Positions 37,208 through 48,971 of a stretch of DNA of 64,000 nt are shown here, piece after piece. The stretch covers positions 325,526-389,525 of the forward strand of contig VXSP01000045.1 of NCBI GenBank assembly GCA_009837885.1, in the 5' to 3' direction. The position numbers and the translations under genes are program-made. Source of the stretch: Holophagales bacterium. GTDB lineage: Bacteria > Acidobacteriota > Thermoanaerobaculia > Multivoradales > Multivoraceae. The notes below the pieces were generated by a model. That model was not told the DNA's origin. It saw only the letters and a program-made list of their open reading frames with translations, and ran no database searches. Each line of letters starts with the position of its first letter. Positions within the stretch are counted from its first letter, which is position 1.

Positions 37208-40200
37208 TCAGGCGGTCGCCAACTGGCGCTCGGGGTGCATCTCGTCGACGTCGACGCCGACGATCTTCGAGACCCCGCGTTCCTCCATCGTGACCCCGTA
37301 GAGCGTGCTCGCGACCTGCATCGTCAGCTTGTTGTGGGTGATGACGAGGAACTGGGTCTCCGCCGACATCCGCTCCAGCATGTCGACGAAGCGCAGGATG
37401 TTCGCGTCGTCGAGCGGCGCGTCGACTTCGTCGAGGATGCAGAAGGGCGAGGGCTTGGTCTGGAAGAGGGCGAACAGCAGGGCGATCGCGGCCAGAGCCT
37501 TCTCGCCGCCTGAGAGCAGCATGATGTTCTGGGCCCGCTTTCCCGGCGGCCGGGCGGTGATCTCGATGCCGCAGTCAAGCGGATCCTCCTCGTCCATCAG
37601 GCGCATTTCCGCGTCTCCTCCGCGGAAAAGCTCCGTGAAGGTCCGCCCGAAGTTCTCGTTGACCTCGCTGAAGGTGGCGACGAAACGCTCGGAGGAGGTC
37701 CTGTCGATGTCGCGAATCGTGCGTTTCAGGCTCTCGACAGAGGACGCCACGTCGGCCCGCTGTCCGGCCAGGAAGGTGTGGCGCTCCTGCTGCTCGTCGT
37801 ACTCGTCGGCCGCCAGGACGTTGACCGGCCCCATCCGCTCCAGCAGGGTGCGCCGGCGTTCGAGCTCCTCGGTCATGGTCTCGAGGTCGGCGGCCTCGCC
37901 GTCCTGCGTTGCCGGCGCCTCCCGGGTGGCCAGCTCGCGCCGGAACTCCTCGCGGTACTCCCGTTCCAGGTGTTCGGCGTCCTGACGCAGGCCCGCCTGC
38001 CGCACGCGCAACTCCTCGATCCGGTCACGCAGTTCGTCGCGCCGGGTGCCGAGGTCGCGCATCCGGGCATCCAGTTCGCGTCCGCGGTCCCTCTCAGCCT
38101 CGAGAGCCTCCTGGGCGCCGGTCGCTTCGTCTCTGGCGCTCGTCCGCTCGGCCAGGGCGTCGTCGAGTTCCCGCCTCGCCCGGGTGGATGAGTCCTCGAG
38201 TTCGACAAGACGCCCGCGCAGCCGCTCCTGCTCGACCAGCCATTCCTCGTCGGCCTCGCGCAGACCCGCGATTCGTCCCTCGAGCCGCTCGGTTTCGTTC
38301 CGTTCGGTGGCGGAGCGCTCCTCGATCAACTCGAGTTGGCCCTGGCGGCCGGCGCCCGCGGTGACGTGCTCCTCCCGTTCTTCCCGAGCCCGCTCGACGG
38401 CGGCCGCCGCTTCCTGCACTGCCCGTTCCAGACTGCGGTGAACCGTCTCCCGGGCCTCGATGTCGGTCTGGATCCGGGCCTGCCGACTCTCCGTCTCGGC
38501 GATTCCGCGGATCAGTTCGTCGCGCTCGGTCTCGGCCGCCGCGCTCTCGCGGGCCTGCACGTCGCGTCGTTCGGTGATGTCCTGGAGCCGGGCCTTGGCG
38601 ACCGCGAGCTGTTCCCGTAGCCCGGCCGCGGCCTGCTCGATCCGTCGACCTTCCAGAGCGGCGTCGCGGACGCTCTCAGCGGCGGCATCGATGTCCCGAC
38701 CCAGTGCCGTGCAGCGCGCCTCGAGTTCGTCAGACCGTCGAACGAGGTCGTCGAGTTCGCGCTGGCGGCCCAGGGCGCCGGGCGCCGCGCCCTCGCCGCG
38801 GACGGTGACACGGCCGGCCTCGATCCAGAGCCGGTCGCGGCACAGGAAGGCGACACCCGGGTTGTCCGCCGCCAGGCGTTCCGCCGCTTCGGGGCTCTCC
38901 ACGAGACAGCCGGGCTGAAGCGAGCCCCGCAGATCCTCGGGGAGGCCCAGCGCGGTCCACACGTCGCCGACGATCTCCGGATCGTCGAGTTCCCCGAGTG
39001 CCGTGAGTTCCGACAGGGGCTGCGGCGGATCAGCCGGCCGGAGAAGTGTGACCTGGTGGTCGAAGCCGGCGAGAGCTCGGGCAATGGCGACCGCGTCTTC
39101 GTCGCCGGGGGCCAGGATCGCATTGCGCAGCGGACCGAGGAAGAGGTCCAGGCTGTCCTCCCAGCCCGCCGGGACGTTCACTTCGTCGCCGAGAAAGCGG
39201 GGCTCGGAGAGTTCCAGCTCGATCAGCGCGTCCCGGATTCCGGCCCGCAGTTCCTCGTCTCGCCGACCGAGCTCTCGGAGAACAGCCGCCCGCTTCTGGG
39301 CTTCGACCAGCTCCTCGCGGCGCGTTTCCAGTTCGGCCTGGGCGGTTTGCCGTCGGTCCCGGCTCGCTTCCAGGGCCACGGCCGCCCGCCGGGCGGCCTG
39401 GGTTTCGGTCGTCAGGGCGAGTTCCAGCGTTTCCACCTTGGCGCCCACGTCTCTGACGTCGACGTCGATCGAGCGGAGGGCTTCCTGGCTGCGTTCGAGG
39501 GTCTTTTCGGCGCGGTCGCGGCGGTCGACCGCCTTTTCGCTGACGATGCGCTCCGCGACCAGACTGCTTCGCAGTTCGTCGATGCCGACCCGCGATGCCG
39601 CCTGTTCCTCGAGCAGATCCCGGTGTCGTCTGCGCGCATCCTCGATCGCGGTATCGGCCTCGTCGATCCGCCGGCGGTCCTCGTGGACCTTCGCCAGCGC
39701 CTCTTCGCGCTCCGAGAGGAACATCTGGCGGCGTCCGGCGAGAACGGCGAGCGCCTCTTCGGCCGTTGCCAGTTCGCGGCGCCGCGTCTCCCCATCGCGG
39801 GCGCCTGCCTCGAGCCTCTCGGCGATCTCCGCTCGGGTGGCGCCGGCTCCCTTGATCAGTTCGCTCCGCCCCTCGATCGTCGCCAGCAGGGTGGCCTGAC
39901 GTTCGTGCGAGCGAACGGCCTCCTCTGTGCGCGCGTCGATGACGTGACGGGATTCGGCGAGTGCCGCGTTGCCGCGGGCGATCTCGGCCAGGAGTTCCGC
40001 CTCGCGGTCGGCCTCCCGTGCGAGAGCCGACCCGAGTTCCTCGAGCTCGCCACGGAGCTTCGCCCAGCGCGCCAGGAGCACGGCGTCGAGCAGTTCACGA
40101 TAGGCGTCCCTGCGCTCACGGTGGCGCCGGGCGGCGTTCGCCTGACGCTTGAGGGAGCGAAGACGGCGCTCGACCTCGGAGATGATGTCGTCGAGCCGGA

Positions 40201-40768
40201 GCAGATCGGCGGTCGCGTCCTCGAGCTTCAGGCTGGCCAGCCGCTTGCGGTTCTTGTAGCGGGTGATCCCGGCCGCTTCCTCGATCAGCTTGCGGCGTTC
40301 CTGGGGCTTGCCGGAGAGGATCATCCCGATCCGCCCCTGCTCGATCACGGAGTAGGCGCGAATGCCCAGACCCGTGTCCATCAGGATGTCGCGGATGTCC
40401 TTGAGCCGGGCCACCCGGTCATTCAACCGGTACTGGCCCTCGCCGCCCCGGAAGATTCGCCGCCCGATCGTGATGCGGCCATCCTCGGCGTTTTCGACGC
40501 TGCCGTCGGTGAGGAAGGTGAGGCTGACCTCGGCCATCCCCAGGGGCTTGCGTTGGCCGCTCCCGTTGAATATGACTTCCTCCATGGAGCTGCCGCGGAG
40601 CGACTTCGGGCTCTGTTCGCCGAGCACCCAGGTGATGGCCTCCGCCAGGTTGCTCTTGCCGCAGCCGTTGGGTCCGACGATCGCCGTGATGCCGCGGGCG
40701 AACCGGCTCGTTACCGGGTCGACGAAGGTCTTGAAGCCGTTGACTTCAAGGCTCTCGAGTTTGAGCAT
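37208..40768 (-). CDS. smc: Chromosome segregation protein SMC
   Basis: Start re-placed at ATG 40768 (MLKLESLEVNGFKTF...IVGPNGCGKSN Walker A). Long coiled coils, a hinge, a C-terminal signature LSGGEK and Walker B FCILDEVDAPLD. Confidence 0.95.
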   Translation of the reverse strand: MLKLESLEVNGFKTFVDPVTSRFARGITAIVGPNGCGKSNLAEAITWVLGEQSPKSLRGSSMEEVIFNGSGQRKPLGMAEVSLTFLTDGSVENAEDGRITIGRRIFRGGEGQYRLNDRVARLKDIRDILMDTGLGIRAYSVIEQGRIGMILSGKPQERRKLIEEAAGITRYKNRKRLASLKLEDATADLLRLDDIISEVERRLRSLKRQANAARRHRERRDAYRELLDAVLLARWAKLRGELEELGSALAREADREAELLAEIARGNAALAESRHVIDARTEEAVRSHERQATLLATIEGRSELIKGAGATRAEIAERLEAGARDGETRRRELATAEEALAVLAGRRQMFLSEREEALAKVHEDRRRIDEADTAIEDARRRHRDLLEEQAASRVGIDELRSSLVAERIVSEKAVDRRDRAEKTLERSQEALRSIDVDVRDVGAKVETLELALTTETQAARRAAVALEASRDRRQTAQAELETRREELVEAQKRAAVLRELGRRDEELRAGIRDALIELELSEPRFLGDEVNVPAGWEDSLDLFLGPLRNAILAPGDEDAVAIARALAGFDHQVTLLRPADPPQPLSELTALGELDDPEIVGDVWTALGLPEDLRGSLQPGCLVESPEAAERLAADNPGVAFLCRDRLWIEAGRVTVRGEGAAPGALGRQRELDDLVRRSDELEARCTALGRDIDAAAESVRDAALEGRRIEQAAAGLREQLAVAKARLQDITERRDVQARESAAAETERDELIRGIAETESRQARIQTDIEARETVHRSLERAVQEAAAAVERAREEREEHVTAGAGRQGQLELIEERSATERNETERLEGRIAGLREADEEWLVEQERLRGRLVELEDSSTRARRELDDALAERTSARDEATGAQEALEAERDRGRELDARMRDLGTRRDELRDRIEELRVRQAGLRQDAEHLEREYREEFRRELATREAPATQDGEAADLETMTEELERRRTLLERMGPVNVLAADEYDEQQERHTFLAGQRADVASSVESLKRTIRDIDRTSSERFVATFSEVNENFGRTFTELFRGGDAEMRLMDEEDPLDCGIEITARPPGKRAQNIMLLSGGEKALAAIALLFALFQTKPSPFCILDEVDAPLDDANILRFVDMLERMSAETQFLVITHNKLTMQVASTLYGVTMEERGVSKIVGVDVDEMHPERQLATA

Positions 40769-40912
40769 CGTGCGTGTGGTGGCCAATCGGGCTGGTTGAG
40801 CTTCGGGGAACATAACAGGGTTCATGCATAAGTCACAAGTGGTTGTGCCGGCGACGGACCGCGTCCACAACATGTGGCGTCGCGAGCGCGCCGCTGATAC
40901 GCTGCCGCGGCC

Positions 40913-41466
40913 GTGAGTGCGCTGACTGTCAAGCGGATGCTGTTCGACGCGCCGCAGATGGCGCGGATGATGCGCCGGATGGCGTTGGAGGTGGTCGAGC
41001 GGGCGGGGGGCACCGATTCGCTGATGCTGGTCGGCGTGCGCACGCGCGGCGTGCCCCTGGCCGACTTCGTCGCCGCCGAGATCAAGCGCACCGAAGGCGT
41101 CGCCGTGCCAGTGGGCGTGCTCGACATCACGCTCTACCGGGACGATCTCTCGACCATCGCGCCGCAGCCCGTGGTCAAGGAGAGCGTGATGCCGGTGCCG
41201 ATCGACGACCGAATCGTCGTGCTCTGCGACGACGTCCTCTACAGCGGCCGCACGATCCGGGCGGCGATGGACGCTCTGATCATGGACTACGGCCGGCCGC
41301 GGGCGATCCGCCTGGCGGTGCTGATCGACCGTGGCCACCGGGAACTGCCGATCCACGCCGACTGCGTCGGTGAACACGTGCAGACGACCGACACCGAGGT
41401 GATCAAGGTCTCTTACGCCGCCACCGACGGCGGCAAGGAGATGGTCGAGCTCCTGGAACGCGAGGG

Positions 41467-41470
<4 letters not shown>
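40913..41470 (+). CDS. pyrR: Bifunctional pyrimidine operon regulator / uracil phosphoribosyltransferase PyrR
   Basis: 185 aa. [20 protein letters not shown], and the PRPP loop [39 protein letters not shown]. Confidence 0.9.
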
Positions 41471-42416
<946 letters not shown>

Positions 42417-42420
<4 letters not shown>

Positions 42421-43706
42421 GCGGATCGCTGGTGATTCGGGGGGGCCGGGTTGTCGATCCGACCCAGGAACTCGACGGCGCGGCGGACGTCCTGATCGAG
42501 GGCGGCAGGGTGACGGCCTGCGGACCCGGTCTCGCGGCGCCGGAGAACGTGCGCGAGTTCGACGCCGCGGGGTTGGTGGTCGTACCCGGCCTGATCGACA
42601 TGCACGTCCACCTGCGCGAGCCGGGCCAGGAGTACAAGGAGACGATCGAGACCGGCACCCGCGCGGCGGCGTCGGGCGGGTTCACCGCCGTCGCCTGCAT
42701 GCCGAACACGGACCCGGTGAACGACGATCCGTCACTGACCGAGTTCATGCTCAAGCAGGCGGAGCGGGCGGGCTGGACTCGTGTGTACCCGATCTCGGCG
42801 GTCAGCCGGGGGCTGGAGGGCCGCGAGTTGACGGAGTTCGGGGCGCAGCGGCGGGCCGGCGCGGTAGCGGTCTCGGACGACGGCCATCCGGTCTGGAGCG
42901 CCGCCCTGATGCGCCAGGCGCTGCGATACGCCCGGCACTTCGACCTGCCGGTCATCCAGCACGCCGAGGAACTCGCACTCTCGGGCGACGGGGTCATGCA
43001 CGAGGGACGCTTCTCGACGCGGCTCGGCGTCGAGGGGATCCCCGGCGCCGCGGATGACGTGATGGTCTCCCGCGATCTGCTCCTGACCGCTGATACGGGG
43101 GGCCGCTACCACCTGGCGCACATGTCGACCGCGCGCAGCCTGGACCTGATCCGGGCCGCCAGGGCCGATGGCCACCGGGTCACCTGCGAGGTCTCGGCCC
43201 ATCACCTGCTGCTGACGGACGAGGACGTCTTCGACTCGGGGCTGGACCCGAACTTCAAGATGCATCCGCCGCTCAGAACCGCCGGCGACCGCGACGCCCT
43301 GGTCGGGGGCCTCGCCGATGGTTCGATCGACGCGATCGCGAGCGATCACGCCCCCCACCATCCGGACGAGAAGGAGCTCGACTTCGTCGCCTCGCCGAAC
43401 GGCATCGTCGGGCTCGAGACGACGCTCAGCCTCTGCCTGGACCGGCTGGTGAGGAAGGGCGTGATCGACATGGCGCGCCTCGTCGACCTGCTGTCGACGG
43501 CGCCCGCGAGGATCCTCGGCGTGCCTGGGGGCAGCCTCGCGCCCGGTTCGCCCGGCGACGTGACCCTGATCGACGTGGAGCGCGAGGTCGAAGTCGATCC
43601 GGCGACGTTCCGGAGCAGGTCGCGGAACACGCCGTTCGCGGGCTGGGAGCTTCGCGGCGCGCCGGCCGGCACCGTCGTCGGCGGTCGCGTGATCGAGCTG
43701 CCGTAG
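42417..43706 (+). CDS. pyrC: Dihydroorotase
   Basis: [15 protein letters not shown] and SDHAPH motifs. GTGA overlap with the pyrB stop. Confidence 0.9.
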
Positions 43707-43719
43707 CCGGGAACCGCCC

Positions 43720-43746
43720 ACTGGGCGCGCCGGCGTCCCCGCCGGC
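43720..43746 (+). repeat. 27-nt palindromic intergenic element, copy B
   Basis: ACTGGGCGCGCCGGCGTCCCCGCCGGC, 14 nt after the pyrC stop. Hairpin GCCGGCG-TCCC-CGCCGGC. Confidence 0.8.
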
Positions 43747-43784
43747 ATCCGGAGCGAAGCGACGGGCTCTGGGTGTCCGCTGAA

Positions 43785-44591
43785 CTACCCGATACTCCGC
43801 CCGCCGTCGATGTCGAGGCAGACGCCGGTGAGAAAGGCCGCGTCGTCGGAGGCGAGGTAGGCGACGGCGGCGGCCACGTCGGCCGGTTCGGCGAGTCGGC
43901 CCAGCGGGATCGTCTTCTGAAGGACATCGCGTCCCGATGCGTCCAGCTTCCGTCCCCCCGAGGGGCCCTTCATGAAGTCGGTGTCGGCGGCGACGGGGTT
44001 GACCGCGTTGACGCGGATGCCATGAGGCGCGAGTTCAGTCGCCAGTCCCCGGGTCAGTGTGATGACCGCCCCCTTCGTCGCGTTGTAGGCGGTGATCAGC
44101 GGTCGCGGGCGGACGGCGCCGATCGACGCCGTGTTCACGATCACCCCGCCTCCGCGCTCGAGCAGCCGCGGCACGCCGTGCACCACGCCCAGATAGACGC
44201 TCTTCGTGTTCACCTCGAAGACCCGGTCGTAGTCGGCCTCGGCGAGCTTCCAGAGGGGCCGGGCCCGGTGGCAGTAGCCCGCGTTGTTGACGAGGATGTC
44301 GATGCCGCCGAACGCGCCGCAGGTCCGCTCCATCAGCCGCCGCACGTCGTCGCCCTTCGATACGTCGACCGTCTCGAAGAGGACCCTGGCGCCGCGCTTT
44401 GCGAGCTGGGCCGTGGTCCTCTTCCCCTTGCCTGAATCGATGTCCGCGAGCGCGACGGCCGCGCCTTCTTCGGTGAGCCTTCGTGCGATGGCGCGGCCGA
44501 AACCGCCGGCCGCGCCGGTCACGACCGCGACCTTTCTCGCGAACCGGGAAGTGGCTGTCGCGCTGTCGTTCTTGCTGTTCGAGTCGTTCAT
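43785..44591 (-). CDS. Short-chain dehydrogenase/reductase (SDR)
   Basis: VAVVTGAAGGFGRA, NNAG and YNATK (YxxxK) motifs. Confidence 0.9.
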   Translation of the reverse strand: MNDSNSKNDSATATSRFARKVAVVTGAAGGFGRAIARRLTEEGAAVALADIDSGKGKRTTAQLAKRGARVLFETVDVSKGDDVRRLMERTCGAFGGIDILVNNAGYCHRARPLWKLAEADYDRVFEVNTKSVYLGVVHGVPRLLERGGGVIVNTASIGAVRPRPLITAYNATKGAVITLTRGLATELAPHGIRVNAVNPVAADTDFMKGPSGGRKLDASGRDVLQKTIPLGRLAEPADVAAAVAYLASDDAAFLTGVCLDIDGGRSIG

Positions 44592-44717
44592 GGTGAGTAT
44601 CTCCCCGGGTTTCGGGCGGCTACGCTACCTTGCCATCCGCGCGCCCCACGAAGGGGCGCACGGAGTGGGACGCGGGTGGCGCGAAACGCGCCACCCGGGT
44701 TCAGCGCGGGAGGCAAG

Positions 44718-46214
44718 ATGATGGGAGAGCCAGCAGCAGGTAAGCGGCGCGTGGTCGTCGTCGGCGCCGGCAACGCGGCGTTGTGCGCCGCCCTCGCGGC
44801 CCGGGAGGAGGGCGCGTCGGTAACCGTGCTGGAGCGTGCGCCGCGCGCGGAACGGGGAGGGAACAGCCGCTTCACGATGGCGGCGATGCGCTTCGCCTAT
44901 GACGGCCTGGACGATCTGCGCGAGGTGGCCGCTGGTCTGGGCGAGGAGGAGATCGAGGCCAGCGATTTCGGAACGTATCCGGCGCGGCGATTCGCCGAGG
45001 ACCTCGAACGGACCGGTGGCGGTCGCGCCGACTCCAAGCTGGTCGGAACCCTGGTGGGGGAGAGCCTCCGGACGCTGCGCTGGATGCGTGGCCAGGGGGT
45101 CGAGTTCGTTCCGCTCTACGCGGGTCAGGCGTTCGAAGTCGACGGCAAGCGCCGGTTCTGGGGCGGCTTGACATTGCAGGCGCGGGGAGGCGGCCCCGGC
45201 CTGGTGGCGGCCCTCGAGCGGGCGGCGGAGAGTGCAGGAATCGAGACGCGCTACGGCTGCCGGGCTTTGAGCCTGCGGTTGGAAGAGGACGCCGTGTGCG
45301 GCGTCGAGGTCGAGGAGGAGTCGGTTCGGCGCGTCCTCGAGGCCGACAGCGTGGTTCTCGCCAGCGGCGGCTTCGAGGCGAATCGTGAGTGGCGCCGCCG
45401 CTACCTCGGCGAAGGTTGGGAGGAGGCCAGGGTCCGGGGCAGCCGCTACAACGAGGGCTGTGGCATCCGCATGGCCCTCGAAATCGGCGCCGGACGGGCC
45501 GGACAGTGGTCCGGCTGCCACGCCGTGGCGTGGGATCTGAACGCGCCTGAGGTCGGCAACCTCGAGGTCCGCCACCGCTACCAGAAGCACAGCTATCCGC
45601 TTGGCATCGTCGTCAACGCGAGGGGAGAGCGGTTTCTCGACGAGGGCGCGGACTTTCGGAACTACACCTACGCCAGGTACGGCCGCGAGGTGCTGGAGCA
45701 GCCGGGCCGTTTCGCCTGGCAGGTGTTCGATGCGCGGGTCGCTCACCTGCTGCGGGACGAGTACCGGAAGCGGCACGCGACGCGGGTCGAAGCCGACTCG
45801 CTCCCGGGACTCGCCGACCGTCTCGAGGGTGTGGACGGCGAGACGTTCCTGCGGACGGTCGGCGACTTCAACGCCGCCGTGCGCCGGGAGGTGCCTTTCG
45901 ATCCCAGCGTCCTTGATGGCCGCTCGACCCGCGGTCTGGTCCCGAACAAGTCGAACTGGGCCAACCCGATCGAGGAGCCGCCGTTCGAGGCCTTCGCCGT
46001 GACCTGCGGCATCACGTTCACGTTCGGGGGCCTGTCGGTTGACCGGCGCGCCAGGGTGCTCGACGACGGCGGACGGCCGATTCCGCACCTGTTCGCGGCG
46101 GGCGAGCTCGTCGGCGGCCTGTTCTACGACAACTACCCGGGCGGTTCCGGGCTGACGGCGGGCGCGGTGTTCGGCCGTCTGGCCGGCCGGGGGGCGGGCC
46201 GGTTCGATGGCTGA
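44718..46214 (+). CDS. tcuA: FAD-dependent tricarballylate dehydrogenase-like flavoprotein
   Basis: Start at ATG 44718, after GGGAGG. VVVVGAGNAALCAALAAREEGASVTVLE.AP....GGNS.FT and C-terminal LFAAGE..GG.FY.NYPGGSGL match the TcuA / fumarate-reductase flavoprotein pattern. Confidence 0.75.
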   Translation: MMGEPAAGKRRVVVVGAGNAALCAALAAREEGASVTVLERAPRAERGGNSRFTMAAMRFAYDGLDDLREVAAGLGEEEIEASDFGTYPARRFAEDLERTGGGRADSKLVGTLVGESLRTLRWMRGQGVEFVPLYAGQAFEVDGKRRFWGGLTLQARGGGPGLVAALERAAESAGIETRYGCRALSLRLEEDAVCGVEVEEESVRRVLEADSVVLASGGFEANREWRRRYLGEGWEEARVRGSRYNEGCGIRMALEIGAGRAGQWSGCHAVAWDLNAPEVGNLEVRHRYQKHSYPLGIVVNARGERFLDEGADFRNYTYARYGREVLEQPGRFAWQVFDARVAHLLRDEYRKRHATRVEADSLPGLADRLEGVDGETFLRTVGDFNAAVRREVPFDPSVLDGRSTRGLVPNKSNWANPIEEPPFEAFAVTCGITFTFGGLSVDRRARVLDDGGRPIPHLFAAGELVGGLFYDNYPGGSGLTAGAVFGRLAGRGAGRFDG

Positions 46215-47250
46215 GCCTTCGGCCGATGCCAGCGTTCCCCTCGGGAACCTCCAGATCCACAGCCCGCGCGGGCGCGTGCGCTACCTCAAGGTAACCGCCG
46301 CGAAACTCCAGCTTGGGCTGGCGGCGCTGATTCTCGTTGGTTCCCTCGTGGTCAATGCCGCTCTGATCGCTCCCGTCGTCGTACGCTCCCAGTTCTCGAG
46401 GGCCGAGCAGGTCGAGGTGTTCGGGGAACACAGGCGGCTGGCGGCCCGTTTCGAGGCACTGGCCGAACGCTACTCGGAGGTCCGCCAACTGGCGTCGGAG
46501 CTCGATAGTCGACTGTGCAAGATCGTCCTTGCCTACGGTGTCGGGGCGCCAGCGAACGAAGGATGCGGCGAGGCCGTCGACGTCCTGGAGGAACCCGCCC
46601 TCACCTTGCGGCAGGGCGAGGTGGTGCTGATCGAGTCAGGCGTCGAGGAAGACGTGGAACGGGTGACGGGGCGCATCGAGGGCCGGCTGCAGGCGGCCCT
46701 CGAGGTCGAACGGGCCGAGCCCGAGCTCGTCGAGTCGACGCCGTCCGCGGTTCCGCTTCGCGGCGACGACTTCGTCCTCGTCGGCCCGTTCGGACAGACG
46801 AGAAACCGGGTGACGGACGTTGAAGAGTTCCACCAGGGCATCGATCTCGCGGCGTCCGCCGGGGCGCCGGTGCTGGCCACTGCGGCCGGTCGCGTGACGT
46901 ATGCGGGACGGGGCGCAGCTTTGGGCCGTTCCTGGGTTCGCTACGGGCGGATCGTGGGAATCCGGCATGGTGACCGCTTCATCACCCTGTTCGGCCACCT
47001 GGATACGACGGAGGTGCGAGCGGGGCAATCGGTCAGCCGCGGACAACGCATCGGCACCGTCGGCGCGACCGGATGGAGCGTGGAACCGAATCTCCACTAC
47101 GGCGTGCTGCGGCGGCGCGGCGACGGAGGCTACTTCGCCGTCGATCCCCGCATCCACATCCTGGACTACCGGTGGAACGAGGAAGGCTTCATCGCCTCCG
47201 ATCGGACACCGGCGGATCCCCTGACCCTGCCGGCCACGTTGCGGCGATAA
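46207..47250 (+). CDS. M23 family metallopeptidase (membrane-anchored)
   Basis: HQGIDLAA..GAPV.A...G.V, and GH...........G..IG.VG.TG.S..P.LHY (HxxxD/HxH-type LytM motifs). N-terminal TM helix. Confidence 0.85.
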   Translation: MAEPSADASVPLGNLQIHSPRGRVRYLKVTAAKLQLGLAALILVGSLVVNAALIAPVVVRSQFSRAEQVEVFGEHRRLAARFEALAERYSEVRQLASELDSRLCKIVLAYGVGAPANEGCGEAVDVLEEPALTLRQGEVVLIESGVEEDVERVTGRIEGRLQAALEVERAEPELVESTPSAVPLRGDDFVLVGPFGQTRNRVTDVEEFHQGIDLAASAGAPVLATAAGRVTYAGRGAALGRSWVRYGRIVGIRHGDRFITLFGHLDTTEVRAGQSVSRGQRIGTVGATGWSVEPNLHYGVLRRRGDGGYFAVDPRIHILDYRWNEEGFIASDRTPADPLTLPATLRR

Positions 47251-47260
47251 CGGGAGAAAC

Positions 47261-47950
47261 GTGTTCATGAGCTATCGAGCAGTCATCTTCGACCTGGGCG
47301 GAGTCGTCTTCGGCTCCCCGCTGCACGCCATCCGGCGCTACGAACAGGCGAACGGCATCGAGGAGAATTTCGTCAACCGCCTGGTCGTGGCGGCCGGGCC
47401 GGGAGGCTCCTGGCAGCGGATGGAGCGCGGCGAGCTGGTCATGGGGCCGGGCTTCTTCGCCGCCTTCGACGACGATGTGAGGGCGGCCGATCCCTCGGTG
47501 GCCGAGCGTTTCTCGGCCGAGGAGATGATGGCGGCGATCGCGGAGGAGTCAAAGCCCAGGCCGCAGATGATCGACGCGCTGCGGCGGTTACGCGCCGGCG
47601 GCTACACCGTGACGGCGTTGACGAACAACTGGGTCAGCGAGGAGGAACGGGAACCCGCGGATGCCGAGGAGGCCGCGATGCGGGCCGAGGTCCGTGCCCT
47701 GTTCGACGACTACGTCGAGTCGAGCGTCGTCGGCCTGCGCAAGCCCGATCCCGCGATCTACCGACTGGCCTGCGGCCGGATCGGCGTCGAACCGCGCGAG
47801 GCGGTGTTCCTGGACGACATCGGTTCGAACCTGAAGAGCGCGCGGGCACTCGGCATGACGACGATCAAGGTCGACGACGCCGACGACGCCCTCGCGGAAC
47901 TCTGGCGGACGCTGGCCAGGAGGCGGCGCGACAGAAACGACATGGAGTGA
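47261..47950 (+). CDS. HAD-superfamily hydrolase (subfamily IA)
   Basis: DxD motif VIFDLGGVV, LTNN, K at GLRKPD, and FLDDIGSNL. Confidence 0.85.
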   Translation: MFMSYRAVIFDLGGVVFGSPLHAIRRYEQANGIEENFVNRLVVAAGPGGSWQRMERGELVMGPGFFAAFDDDVRAADPSVAERFSAEEMMAAIAEESKPRPQMIDALRRLRAGGYTVTALTNNWVSEEEREPADAEEAAMRAEVRALFDDYVESSVVGLRKPDPAIYRLACGRIGVEPREAVFLDDIGSNLKSARALGMTTIKVDDADDALAELWRTLARRRRDRNDME

Positions 47951-48021
47951 GTTCTGTCGCGAAGCCTCCTGGCGAGGTGGGGGCTGGGGGCCAAACAGCG
48001 AGCCTGCGAGCGGTTTGGCGG

Positions 48022-48816
48022 CTACTCCGGAAGGGTGAACGTGAGATCGAGCGTCGCGGCGAGCCCGTCGAGCAGCGTCACGCCGGACCGCATCGTGCCG
48101 AGACGTTCGTGCCACGCCTCGATCGTGTAGGTGCCGGCCGGGAGCCCGGGAATCTCGAACGAGCCGTCCGGCCCGGAGACGGCGAAGTAGGGGTGGCTGA
48201 AGACCCCGACATAGCTCGACATCCACGGGTGGACGTCGCACTTGATCCGGAACGCCGGCTCCTCGTCGGTGAACGAGAACGTGGCCTGCTTGATGGCCGC
48301 CGGCATGGCCCGGTTGAAGGGGCGGTTGACCTCGGACAGCGAGTGGACGTTGTGGAGCAACTCGTCCGAGTTCAGCACCTTGAGCTCCTGGCCCACCATG
48401 ATGCCTGCGACGCGGGGCGTGTAGCGGCAGCCCTGCTGGTCGATCACGGGCGGTTCCGCCGGCGGGTAGGGCCCCTGTGGAACGTTGTCGGCGACGTAGA
48501 CGAGGACGTTGGCCAGGCCGGCCTGATCGTCGACCGCGAGGATCTCCGGATAGACCGGCTCCGTGTGCTTGGCGGCGCAGGCGGGATCGGCATGCATGTT
48601 GAGCGGCCGGAGTTCCGGCACCTCGCCGTCGAAGCGAACGACGCCGGCGATCGAACTGTTGCCGAGGGGTTCGGTGGGTGTGGCTTCGGGGGCTGAGGGA
48701 GTGTCGCCGCCGGAGTGCTCCGGGGCATCGCCGGCGCAGCCGGCCAGGAGGAAGGCGAAGGGAAGAAGGGCCGTGGAGAGGGCCAGCGGAAGCGTAGTTC
48801 TCGATGCGCAGATCAT
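48022..48816 (-). CDS. Cupredoxin (amicyanin-like type-1 Cu site) lipoprotein with C-terminal carboxypeptidase-regulatory-like domain
   Basis: Lipobox LLAGC. Candidate Cu ligands: LLHNVHS (His) and KCDVHPWM (C-x2-H-x2-M, as in amicyanin). C-terminal GSFEIPGLPAGTYTIEAWHE. Paralog of 52397..53113. Confidence 0.65.
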   Translation of the reverse strand: MICASRTTLPLALSTALLPFAFLLAGCAGDAPEHSGGDTPSAPEATPTEPLGNSSIAGVVRFDGEVPELRPLNMHADPACAAKHTEPVYPEILAVDDQAGLANVLVYVADNVPQGPYPPAEPPVIDQQGCRYTPRVAGIMVGQELKVLNSDELLHNVHSLSEVNRPFNRAMPAAIKQATFSFTDEEPAFRIKCDVHPWMSSYVGVFSHPYFAVSGPDGSFEIPGLPAGTYTIEAWHERLGTMRSGVTLLDGLAATLDLTFTLPE

Positions 48817-48971
48817 GCGCCTATTCTAATGGGCCGCAGGACGGTTGCACCGGGGTTCTTCTCGCCGTACGGCCCGTTTCCTTGACCGCGATAGGGGCGG
48901 GTGTTAGCTTCCGCGCGATTCGTGGCCCGGCCGGCCCTTGAGGGCACAGCCGCCCTATCTCCAGGCCCTCG

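Noticed and set aside
40769-40912. PyrR-binding attenuator hairpin upstream of pyrR.
   Set aside because: The conserved PyrR RNA loop (…UCCAGAGAGG…) is absent. Only a short CCACA-ACA-TGTGG palindrome is present.
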